From the NCBI GenBank assembly GCA_026770705.1, contig JANJGN010000210.1:248001-312000 (forward strand): a stretch of DNA of 64,000 nt, written 5' to 3'. Both the position numbers and the translations under genes were made by a program. Below the pieces are notes generated by a model. It was given only the letters and a program-made list of their open reading frames with translations. It was not told the DNA's origin and searched no databases. The stretch is from Isurus oxyrinchus (lineage: Eukaryota). Below, piece by piece: positions 34,643 to 45,979 of the stretch (position 1 is the first letter of the stretch; every line of letters starts with the position of its first letter).

Positions 34643-36242
34643 AAACAGCAAAGACGAATTGAAGGGCCACATCAATACTAAGGGAACGGTTTCATTATCT
34701 TTGTGTCAAACAGCAGATGCCATGACTGGGACATGTGAAAACATAGGCCCTGTCACCGAGCTCCAATACTCAGTGAACATCTCAGAGCTTCCAAGCGATT
34801 TTGGAGGTGGTAAAACAGAATTGACGGAGTTGGCGAGTAACCACAGTTCAGAGATATCCAGGAAAATTCACAACCCCTTCATTCTGAAAGATGTTCAGAA
34901 CCTGAATCTTCGCCATTTCTTCCTGAAAGACATAGGTAGAATATTTCGAAAGAAAGGAAGTAACCCTGGAAAACACGCTGACTCACCAAACCTGGATTCA
35001 CTGTGCAATATCTATTCTCCTAATAATCTGGATTTGCAAGTCTAATGATGACCACGGAATCATTGCCAGTTGCAGTGAATAAACCCATATGTTTCACTAA
35101 TGTGCTTTAGGGAGGGAAATCTGCCGCCTTTACCTGGTCTGGCCTACATCTGACTCCAGGCCCACATTTATGTGGTTGGCTCTTAAATGCCCTTGAACAA
35201 GAGCAATTAGAGCAGGACAATAAATGCTGGCCAACGTCCTACTAAGGAATAAAACAAATGTTAAAAATATCAATTTTTCCCCAGTCTCTCGGTGCGAAGA
35301 GTTTCTGCCCGTGCAGTGGCCAACGAACACGAGGCAATGGAATTGATAAAAGCTAATCAGCACAGCTCAGAGCCAGGTTAAACATAGCAAGGGTTCAATT
35401 CCAATCCCACACGATGCAATAATCGAATGCCGAGAACCATAAATGCTGCAAATCTGAAATAAAAGAACAGAACATTCTGGAAAAGTAAAGGATAGCTGGT
35501 TAGGATGCCTCTCAGTGGAGAGCTAACGTTTCAGATTGATGAAATTTTATCCCAACTGGAAATGCTGGAAGTGACGTAAGTCTTCTTCAATGATTTGGTG
35601 GGATTTTGTGTGTTTCATTGTATGGGACCTGGTTAACTTTTTCAGCCAGTGTGGGGTCCATGGCGTAAGGTGTTGGCGGATGATAGTTCCCATGGATATT
35701 TAAAGCAAACCTTGTGATTTCGTTTTGCAAAACATCAGATAACTTGTCTGGGGTCACAAGAACCAGGTAACATTCTCTGGAATACTGGGGTAAAAGCGGG
35801 ACAGGGGGATTCTCTCGGTGTCCTGGGGCCACATTCCACCTTTAACAAACACCACCCAATGCAAACACATGCACCGACCTCCCAGTTTATCACTGTGGGG
35901 AAAGGAATGCAACAGCACAACTGGCAGAAAGAAAAGCTCCCCTCCCCCACCCCTGTACCCCAGAATATTGTGGGAGGGGCTTTCACATCCTGATCACAAT
36001 CCAAATGTAGAGTCAGAAAATTGCAGCCTCCTTTTATAAACCTGTCTCTTATTCACACAGCACTTAGCCACCTATCCGGGAACCATGCGGCCCATCAATG
36101 ATCTCAGCGAAACTGCCCTGTACAAATAAACTCGAATCCCCTAAAATATTTCAGTCCAGCTCTGAGGTCCGGTTTCCCAGTGCACTCCAGGGCTGCGGTC
36201 TCCAGCTCCCCGTCATATAAACCCTCAGTTCCAGGCAGCAGA

Positions 36243-36725
36243 ATGATGGGAATCTTTCTTGTTTTCACCCTGTGTGAATGTTTACCCCGTGAGTACCGAT
36301 CAAACAAACCGACATTGTCTGGATTTAATAGTAAGCTGCCCGAGCCCATCCCAATTACAGACAATGTCTGGGGTTTAACCCCGTTCTGTGAATCTGCTCT
36401 GATGCTCCATTAAACTCTCTCTGTTTAATTTCCAGGCTCTTTCAGTCAGTCAGTGACACAGACCCCGGCAGCGGTTACCAGGAAGGAGTGTCAGTCTCTC
36501 ACCATCACGTGTGTTTTCTATGGTGGTTTTTACGCTCGACATTTGACGGGCGGGGATTTCTTCAGAAAAACCCAGACCGGGACAGAGCGGGAGCGGATCT
36601 CCAGCGGAGGAAGATTTGTTGAGTCGTTGAATAAAGCACAAAATACATTTTCGCTGGAAATTCGGGATGTGAGAGTTGAAGACACCGCCACCTATTTCTG
36701 TAAAGCTCAGTACGAGTACGAAGAA
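36243..36725 (+). CDS. Intact NAR-TCR (IgNAR-like) V segment (leader 36243-36288, V exon 36436-36725)
   Basis: MMGIFLVFTLCECLP/GTGAGT..TTCCAG/SFSQSVTQTPAAVTRKECQSLTITCVFYGGFYARHLTGGDFFRKTQTGTERERISSGGRFVESLNKAQNTFSLEIRDVRVEDTATYFCKAQYEYEE. Shows the VNAR-type missing CDR2 and an extra FR1 Cys; CGTCATATAAA lies about 30 bp upstream. Confidence 0.92.
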
Positions 36726-36763
36726 CACGGCGACGGGTCTCGGTTTCCCGCGATATAAAAACT
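36726..36763 (+). other. Long-spacer RSS of the NAR-TCR V
   Basis: CACGGCG, 22 bp, ATAAAAACT. Confidence 0.75.
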
Positions 36764-37091
36764 CTCACTGCAGATTATTACAGAATCAAATAAAAAAACG
36801 GAGTTAATCTGCAGTGAAACCCCCCACGGCTCCGCCTCACACCGCCTGTCCCACAGTCTAGTGTATAATAAGATTGGATTATTGCCGTTAACATCTTGAG
36901 TTTTATAAATGTCGAGTGTGTGCGGATGGCGATGTCTTTGCCGGGATTGGTGTCAGTGAATGGGGATTGGGAATGACTAATCCCAGTTACAAACCTCTAA
37001 CACCAGATGTGATCCTGGTCTAACAGCTGGAACCGGGAACCGCAGTCCCAGCTGTTTACCTAGTATCCCCACAGCGCACCAAGTACCCAGG

Positions 37092-37164
37092 GGATTTCAT
37101 GCTGACTTGTAACACTGTGTGTTTGGTTGGGGAAGTCACAGTGGAAGAGACTTGAGCAAATATC
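37092..37164 (+). other. NAR-TCR D segment (37120-37136, 17 bp) flanked by two 12-RSSs
   Basis: GGATTTCAT-12-CACTGTG [TGTTTGGTTGGGGAAGT] CACAGTG-12-GCAAATATC. Confidence 0.9.
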
Positions 37165-37480
37165 TCTCCACAATCACAGTATAAATTCTCCAGTCCCGGA
37201 CAGTGAATTGTCGGGTTGATGTTATTGTTGCTATAATCTGGTTACATTTCATTGTAATTTCCACCATTCAGTTATCTTTCTTTAATCATTTTTCTCGGTT
37301 TATATGAAGAGAACATTTCGTTCCCGGGACCATTTACTCAGAGCTCAGGGCCTCACAAAGAACAGTTTGAACAGACAGAGACTTTAAAATATTGAATATT
37401 GTTTATTTATTTATATCCGCTGAATAATTGGGCAGTTTCTACTGTCTGATGATGATTCCCCAGTAGTTTGAGTTGTCGGT

Positions 37481-37563
37481 GGTTGTTGTACCGGGGAAAC
37501 TGAGAGTGGTGTCACTGTGGTGGGTTACTAAATATTATTCTGTGGATGGACCCAGGAAAGCTG
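37481..37563 (+). pseudogene. NAR-TCR J with intact 23-RSS but an internally deleted framework
   Basis: GGTTGTTGT-23-CACTGTG, then WVTKYYSVDGPRKA/GTAATA. It is 15 nt shorter after DG than the paralogous DGSGTVVTVTA J. Confidence 0.8.
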
Positions 37564-40410
37564 GTAATAACTCCAAACCTCGCCGGGTTACCGACTGTCC
37601 CTTGTAATGTTCACCGTCAGTTTATTTTTGATATCGGTTGGGTTTGGGGGGATGTGGGAGTTGACGGAATCTGGACCATTATTGGTTTAACGGGCACATT
37701 GGGGACAACATCAACATCTCGGACTCTCACACTTTGAATCGCTTTTAACGAGAGCAGATTGTCAGCAATCTGGACTCCACTCCCGGTGTTAATTGTGACC
37801 GAGGGAGCTCTGCCTGTCCCTTAGAGCTGGGGAGCGGGGTGACAGATCTCTCTCCTGGGCAGCAGTTTGCAGTCCGAGCTGCGCAATGTGAATGAGGAAC
37901 CAGGTGAATAAACTCAACATAACTGCGGCCAATTCGGATACCTGACTCGGGAGTAAAACAAGCAAGTGACACAATGGACTTCAGATATAAGAGGTGCTGA
38001 TGTGGGTCTACATGGAATTTTATTATTGGATAATCAGTGACTGAAATTAGTGACAATGCCCCCGCCATTTGTTTCAATTGTCTTCAGAAAACCAATTACT
38101 TTCCTGCCTTTCTGACCTCAGACCGAAATGTGAAAGTTTGGAACTGCAGACACTTTATTATCTTGAATGTAGATGTTTGAGAGATGGGATTGCTGTAATT
38201 TTTCTGTATCCCTGATTACTGTTAATGGAAACAACAAAATGCAGTGAGATAGTGAGGATAATGCATTAATCTTATAAAGGAGAGCAAGAACATAGGGAAC
38301 AATTATAAACTGGGGCCATGTTCATTTAGAACCAGCAAGAAATAGCTCAGCGAAAGGGGGAGAAGGATTGTATGACCTCTGGGCGCCTTCCAAAGTACAA
38401 TCCGACCACGTGGTGGGTGAGCTTTATGGAGGGAAGGACTGAAATAGACTGAAATGCTGTGTAAAGTTTTGGTCTCATTACTGAAGAGAGAACCATCTGC
38501 TTTGGAAGGAGTGCAACAAAGTCTCACCAGACTGATTCCTAAGATGAAGAGGTTATCCATTGTGAAATGATTTAGTAGTCTGGGCCTGTATTCCCTAGAG
38601 TTTAGGAGAATGAGAGGTGATCTAATGAAAACATATAATATTCTTCAGGGAACTTGACTGGGCAGATACTGGGTCGCAGTTTCTCCAGGCTGAGGAGTAT
38701 AGAACTCAGGGTCACAGCTTCAGAAGAAAGGGTCATCCATTAGAACTGAGAAACGGAAAATAATCTTGAGAAGAACTATTGTTGCGAACCTGTGGCATTC
38801 TGTAACTCAGAGAGCGATGGGTGTTCAGTATCACCGTGTATGCAAGGCAATATTCGACAGATTTTTGGATACTAACAGAATCAGGGGATATTGGGAGAAT
38901 GCGGGAATGTGATGTTGAGGTGGAAAATCAGCAACCATATTACTGAATGGCTGAGCAGGTTTGAAAGGTGATCAGGCGCCTCCTGCTTCTATTCGATTCT
39001 CTACTTTGATTTCCTATAGGCCTGAGAAAAGAAATCAGCAGCATTCCACATCTCTCTGGGAAGTTGAAGCCGGCAGGGCCTCTTTTTTCTGGACAAAAGG
39101 GAAACACTGGGAAAATTAATAGAAACCTTTCAAACAATGAGCGGTTTTAGTCTGGTGAAATTGTTTATTTGTGGCTGAGGCCAAAGCAATGGACCATCAA
39201 AATATTAACAGGACAAAGAAGAATATTAAGACAAATAAATTTTAACAAAGACAAGTCAGAGTATGGAACTTGCTGTCCCAGGGAGTGCTTGCAGATATTA
39301 CTGATATATTTACGGAACAGACCGACCCAGGGAGCTGGATGGAAATGGTCAGTTAAGTTTCGGTGGGGATTAGGTTGGAATTGAGTCTATGCACAGGTTG
39401 AATGGCCCATTCCTCTTTTGCGTTCTTTTTCCTCCATAATGTTAAAATTGAGGGAAAACTCCGCCCAGTGAACCCGGGAAAGAATCAGTTAACATACGGA
39501 AAGAATTGAAATTGTTAGAGAGCCGGAAGAGGCAGTTCCCAGTGAGTAACAGTAAAACCACTGCGGAAACTGAACAGACTGAACCCAACAGACAACTGAG
39601 AGAGTTTGGGAGAAGTTCCCACGATTGCAAAAAGCGCAAACAGCACAAAGTAAATGTGAAAAAAGGAAATGTGAAATAAAGTAAATAAAATTAAATTAAT
39701 TGTAAATATTTCAAATGAACTGAACTGCAGAAGATTGGACCCTATTGATAAAACTTAGAGAAATAGAGCACCAGGCCGAGAGAAATTCCTGAGCACTTAT
39801 AAGCCGCAGGAAATGATTGACCTTTGGCCACTGATGTTTGGCTTTGGCCCAATTGGTGCTGATGATTCCCATCAGTTTGTGTTGGGTCTTGTTGTGATGT
39901 CACACAGCTGTATTTCTCTCCAACAAACATTTTTTTTTTGGAAATCGGTTGCCTCATTGATCATAAAATATTCCCTCGGGTTTGTCTCTCACTAGGGATA
40001 ATACACACAGGGATGTAATTTTATTCATAGAATTATGCGGCCCATCATGTAGGCGCCGACGCTTTAGAAGTGCAAACCAATTGTTCCTACGGCCCATTAA
40101 CTTTCTCCATCGCTCTATATTTTTATTTACATTTCCAGTACAGATCCATTACCTGCTTCAAAGTTACAATGGAATCTGTTCCCACCACCAATTCAAACGG
40201 TGCATTCTTCATGAGGAGAATTCGCTATGGAAAAAAAAAATCACTTCATTCCCTACTTTATCATATTTTAATAACAGTGAATACGGTTCAAACAGGCTTC
40301 AAACGAATAAAATTAACACAAAAAGCAGAGCTATTCAAGCGATCGACAATTTCTCCTGGACAAACAGTGGATAAACAAAAAGATAATGTTCATTTTTTTT
40401 GATTCTCCAG

Positions 40411-40755
40411 ATTCCAGTTCCATGATTTCCCGGGATCCGCCAGTACAAACCTCTGCTGCCTGTGACACCATTACTTTAAACTGTGAATATTCAGGGTTCT
40501 GTCCGTACACAGTACACTGGTATCGTCTGTCGCCCGGACAGGCTCCGGAATATGTGCTTCAGAGACACACTTCAGGAGAGGAGAATAAAGAAAACGCCGT
40601 CGAGGGGAGAATTTCTGCTTCTATCGAATCCGTCGAGAAAATCAGCCGGTTAAAGATCTCCAAACTACAATGGAGCAACTCCGCTTTGTCTTACTGTGCA
40701 CAGAGTCGGCGTGCAGCACAGTGATACAGAGCATGGAGAGAGCTGTAGAAAAGCC
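40411..40755 (+). CDS. Leaderless NAR-TCR supporting TCR-delta V with 23-RSS (ORF open, functionality uncertain)
   Basis: Acceptor TTCTCCAG. DSSSMISRDPP..TLNCEYSGFCPYTVHWYRLSPGQAPEYVL...WSNSALSYCAQSRRAA with the CDR1 Cys; DxAxYYC is altered to NSALSYC. CACAGTG 40717-40723, 23 bp, AGAAAAGCC. Confidence 0.85.
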
Positions 40756-40795
40756 TGAACATGGTGGGATTACAGAAGGACCAACAGTAGCTGAA

Positions 40796-40954
40796 AAAAA
40801 AACAGAATTACCTGGAAAAACTCAGCAGGTCTGGCAGCATCGGCGGAGAAGAAAAGAGTTGACGTTTCGAGTCCTCATGACCCTTCAAGGGTTTTTCCAG
40901 GTAATTCTGTTTTTGTTTTGGATTTCCAGCATCCGCAGTTTTCTTTGTTTTTAT
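40796..40954. mobile_element. Copy-B-specific Penelope-like insertion with inverted ends and 13-bp TSD
   Basis: TSD AACAGTAGCTGAA 40783-40795 / AACAGTAACTGAA 40955-40967; the empty site is at 218-230. The insert contains AACAGAATTACCTGGAAAAAC and its reverse complement. Confidence 0.85.
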
Positions 40955-41704
40955 AACAGTAACTGAATCTCCTTCAACGCTCGTGCTATAGCCTACGGGA
41001 TGGTACCAACTGCTCTCAACACACAGCCCCTCTCCCTCCTCCCCACCCCGTGATGTTAACCTGGGTCCACCCGACATCACCACCCCCACAGCCTCCCGGC
41101 CCAGGACCCTTACCCCCTTTCCCATTCTGTCAGTATCGCGCTGTTTTCTCCTCCTGGATATTCAGGGATTTGTACCTTCCCCAATGCACCCAGGACCGCA
41201 TAATAAAGTCACGTCCCGTGTATTCACCGGCCTGATCCATCTCCCAGACAAGGGAGCAGCTTTGCCCAGAGATGTGGAGGGGGTGGGTAACATGGATCTT
41301 GTGATCGGGTTTAACCGCGTGCAACATACGGAACAACGGGACCAGGTTGATTGTGGAAACCAGTAATTCGGTCATTGTGGATCACTCCACATCTTTTATT
41401 TATTTAATTTTCATTCTCTTTCCCTCCTCTGAACTGAACTGACTTAGATGTTAAGCCACGGCGTTATTTCATGTGTCAGTGATGTAAACGGGATTTGGGG
41501 TGAGGAGCTGTCGTTGGGGGTCGGATGGGGATGGGTGCGAGGGAGGGGGTGCCGATTGACTGGATCCATCCCAGAAAGTAGATGCCAACCCTTGTGCATC
41601 GCGATTCCAATGGTCCCCCTCCACCACTCCCCCAAGGCTTTAACAGGCATTTAATCACCAAGGCAGGCATTATTGAATGAGTGTCTGTGTATGCGTGTGT
41701 GTGT

Positions 41705-41747
<43 letters not shown>

Positions 41748-42967
41748 TGTCTGTCTGTCTGTCTGTCAGTGTGTGTATGCACTGGCGGGGGAAGTTTCAC
41801 TTGCGCTGGGGGGTTGTGCACTGCACTGGTTAAGGGCTCCAGTCTCGAAATATTCGAAGCTTCAATGTCCCCAAAGTACAGGGTCAGTCAGGGTTCGGTG
41901 TGGGGGTCGTGGGATGGTACAGCCTGGACGGTGGGAACCATTAAGGATATAATAAATAGGAGCAGCATTGAGCAGTTCAATAAGATCATGACTGAGATTC
42001 GACCTCAATGTCCTCTTGGCCTGTCCCAATATCATTGATCCCTTTAGCGCCACCTCCCAAGAAATCTATCCATCACCAAATGAAAATCCATCAATCACCA
42101 TTTTGAATATGGGCATCTGCTGAACATCCTGAACCCTCTGGGCTGGAGAATTGCAAAGGCCCGCAGCCTTCTGAGTGAAGGGATATCTCCTCAACTTAAG
42201 CCAAAATGGCTGACTTATTACGCTGAGACGAGGACCAGAGTATTTAAGGTGTTAGTTGTTTTGTGTGTGTATGCATGTGCCTGTGTCTGAATTCTAATGT
42301 TAAGGAGACTCCGTGAAATTAGAAGTCATGTTTATGTTGCATTGTGTAATGTGGCCCAAAACCCTATGTTCCATTAACCCAGGCAGCCATATATTGCATC
42401 AAATATCGCAGTGTCGAGGAGCAGTTGGTGGGGTGGGGGATGTACATTGTCTTTGCTTCCAATTCTACTGAAACCCCACTTGCAGCATATTTGCAATGCG
42501 TTGAGAATTTCGTTTGAAAGTAAAAAAGAGGATTCTCCCCACCCTCTGCCTCGCTTGGATTTGTCAATTGGGATATCGCGGCCATGATTTCTTATGGTGC
42601 GAAATTGAAGGAGAGCTGCGAATCATCTCCAAGATTGCAGGGTTTGAGGATTAACTGTTTAACCCAAGCAAACTGCAGAAAATAGCATTATGTGGTGGGA
42701 CTTGGTGAACTGGCCAGAAGAGTGCCGAAAGCCATTTGAAGTTTATTGGCGTGTCATTGAGTTTTCAGATGGAGTTTTGTCATTGTGTATTCAAATGTTT
42801 TTAGACCATTAATATTCGGAACAGGAACCAAACTGACCGAGGAACTTAGTGAGTATAACCTGTTGGTATCTATTTGAGAAGACTCATTCGGCAAACAGAA
42901 ATTATTGCAAAAAGGGGGGGCGGGGGGTGGGAGGCGGTGAATTTCAAACTGCCGTCCAGAATGATGA

Positions 42968-43836
42968 GCCTGGGGAATTTATTTGCGGGGTGGGGTGGGG
43001 GGGGGGGGTGGTAATTTGTGGAGGGGAGAATTTGGGCCTGGGTGGTAAATTTGCGGGGGGTAAATTTGCACGGTGTGGAATTTGCAGGGTGACAGAATCT
43101 GCAGGGGGAATTTACACAGGTGGAAAATTGCGGGGAGAGAGAATTTGCACGGGGGGAAACTTGCACATGGGGGAAATGTGCATGGATTGAATTTGTGGGT
43201 GTGGAATTTACGCAGGAGGGAATTTGCCGGGCGGGAAGACATTTGTACAAGGAGAAATTTAAGGTGGGGGAAATTTTCACAGCGGAAAATTTGAGAGGGG
43301 GGAGTTTGCACAGAGGGAAAATCGCACGAGCGAATTTGCAGTGGGGAGATAATCTGGAGGGGTAAATTTGCAGGGGCAAACTTGCAAGTTGGGAAATTTG
43401 CAGGGGGAAATTTTTCAGGGGGAGTAAATTTGCATGGCGGAGAAATTTGCGGGAGGTGGAAATTTGCAAAGGGCCAATTTGTGGGGAGAGAACTTTGCAT
43501 GGGGGGAAACTGTGGGGCTGGAAAGGAGAATAGAACCTACAGGGGCTGAATATGCGGAGGGGAATTTGTGGGGAAGTAAGTTTGCACAGTTTGTAATTTG
43601 CACAGAGGGGAATGTGCGGGGGGAGGTCGAATTTGTGGATGTGGTATTTGCACATGAGGGAATTTGCACAGGGTGGAAGTTGCAGGTGGGGGAAATTTTC
43701 ACATGGAGGATTTTGCCGGGGGGGATGGTGGATTTATGGGGTGGAAAGAACCTGCAAGGGGGATTTTGCACTGGTGGAAAACTGCGGGGAGGGGGACTTT
43801 GCAAGGGCGAGAATTTGCAGGGGCGTAAATCTGTGG
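42968..43836 (+). repeat. G-rich AATTTGCA repeat, copy B
   Basis: Paralog of 2225-3088. Confidence 0.85.
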
Positions 43837-45635
43837 GAGAGAAAGAAAAAATAGAGATAGAAGAAAGAGAAAAAGAGACATAGAAGGAGAGACAGAGAAA
43901 GAAGAAAGAGAAAGAGAGAGACAGAGAGAAAGGGAGAGAGAGACAGAGAGAAAGAAAGAGAGAGACAGAGGAAAAGAGACAGAGAGAGAAGATGCTCAAT
44001 TGAAAGAGAGAGAAAGAAGCAGAAAGGCAGAGAAAACTATAGACTTGTCCTAAAATAGACGTGCATCTGACGAATGAGGGCTTGTGGTGTGACCAACAAG
44101 AGGGTTAGGGTGTGACAAACAGAATAATAAATTAGGTGGGTTGTCGGATGGATAAGTTGTTGGATGAACAGATGGGCAGAAGGATGGACAGAAGGATGGA
44201 TGGATGGACGGGTGGATGGACAGATGGATGGACGGACGGATGGATGGATGGATCGATGGACGATGGATGGCCGGATGGATGCATGCACAGATGGACGTAT
44301 GGGCGGATGGACTTATGGATGGGTGGGCGGGTGGACAGATGGACCTAAGGAAGGAGGGACAGGTGGATGGGCGGATGGATGGATGGACGGAGAGGAGGAT
44401 GGATGGATGGATGGATGGATGAAAGGGGAGATGGATAGAAGGGCGGCCTGATGCATTAATGGATGGCTGGATGTGCGGGCGGATGCAAAGGGGTGAAAGT
44501 GAATGACGGCTGGATAGATGGATGGTCCTCATCAATTGTTCATTTTAACTTAGATGAAGCTTACAACTGCTTTCCTTAAACTTCGGTACTTGGGCCAGTG
44601 AAGTATGCATAATAATTATTTGTAAACCGTAATCCAATAAGCATATTAATGTAATAACTTATCCCTGGTATAGTTGGTTCAGGCTTTGCAGATGACGGGG
44701 ATCTCGCTTTGTAATAAACAATGGGGCAAATGTAACAAACTTCAGGAGGACATGGACATTTCAATTTGCCTGGACCGTATCAGATGGTATTTGTGAAATG
44801 ATGCATTTTGGTGGGAATAATGAGGATATCCGATATAAACTAAATGATGCAATTTGATCAGCGCTGTAGGAACAGAGAGATGGATACGGTGCAATGTGCT
44901 CAAAACTTTGAAGTTGGCAGTGATGGTTGAGAATCCTGTAAAGAACATTTTAAGTTCTTGCTTTTATCAAGAGGAAAAAGATGCTATGCTAAACATTTCT
45001 ACAAAGCTGGTAAGGTCTCAGTTGGACTGTTATTTACGAATATCTGAACCACACAATAAATGATTTGAGGGTCTTGGAGAAGGTGCGGGAGTCATTTACT
45101 TGGAAGGCACAACTGATGAAGGGCTTTAGCTTTGTGGTGAGACTGGAGAATCTGTGGCTGTTCTCTGTACAACGTAAAAGATTGGGAGGAGATTTGTTTG
45201 CGATATTGACAATTATTAACTGTTTTAGTTGAATAAATGAGGGAAGTTGCATCTAGTGGCGGAAAGCTCCATAATCAGAGGACTTGGATTTAAATTCATT
45301 TACAAAAGAATCAGAGGGAATCCGAGCAGCCATTTATTTGCACTCTTGATTTGTTGTGCTGCGGAATAAGCTGCTGGATATGTTGGTGGAAGCAGCTTCA
45401 ATATCAAATGTCAAAAACATAATTGGGTAACTGCTTGAAATGGGAAATTTTGCAAGGCAAAGGGGAGCAAACCGTGGAGTGGGACAATTTGGTGCCCCTA
45501 CCAAAGAGGCTACATAGACATGATGTGCTGTATGGCCTCATTCGATGATGGTGCGATGAAGGAAAGGAACGAGCATTCATTGATGTCTCTAGGACCTAAA
45601 CATCCATTTGTATTCTGTTCATTGAATATTCGAAG

Positions 45636-45979
45636 GTCTGTGATGCTCAAATATAATGAAGCAGCCTGCATCATCAGTGTTATGTATAGTGGAAGGACAT
45701 ATGGTGTTGCCCTGTTCATACTCCACGGACAGCCGCTGATATGATCTGTTCTAGCACAGAAAAAGAACGGGGGAGGCGCCGGTGCTTTTAATCAAAATGA
45801 ATTCTGAGGGAGGGCAGGAAGCAGGGCGTGTTGAAGGCCCAGTCTATTCAATACCCCGAGTATCTGACCGTTTTTTCAGCTTACCCCTGACAGATGTTGA
45901 GCTGAGTGCCAGTGGGATTTACTATTGTGTGCTGAATATTCGCAGTGATACAAACTAATACAGGCCCTGCACGGAAACT
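45636..45979 (+). pseudogene. TCR V pseudogene, copy B of 4875-5218
   Basis: Same TAG at the Trp codon; CGCAGTG 45941-45947, 23 bp, ACGGAAACT. Confidence 0.85.

Noticed and set aside
35859-35866. Ig octamer in the NAR V promoter (ATGCAAAC)
   Set aside because: Imperfect, far from the TATA box and not conserved in the paralogous promoters.
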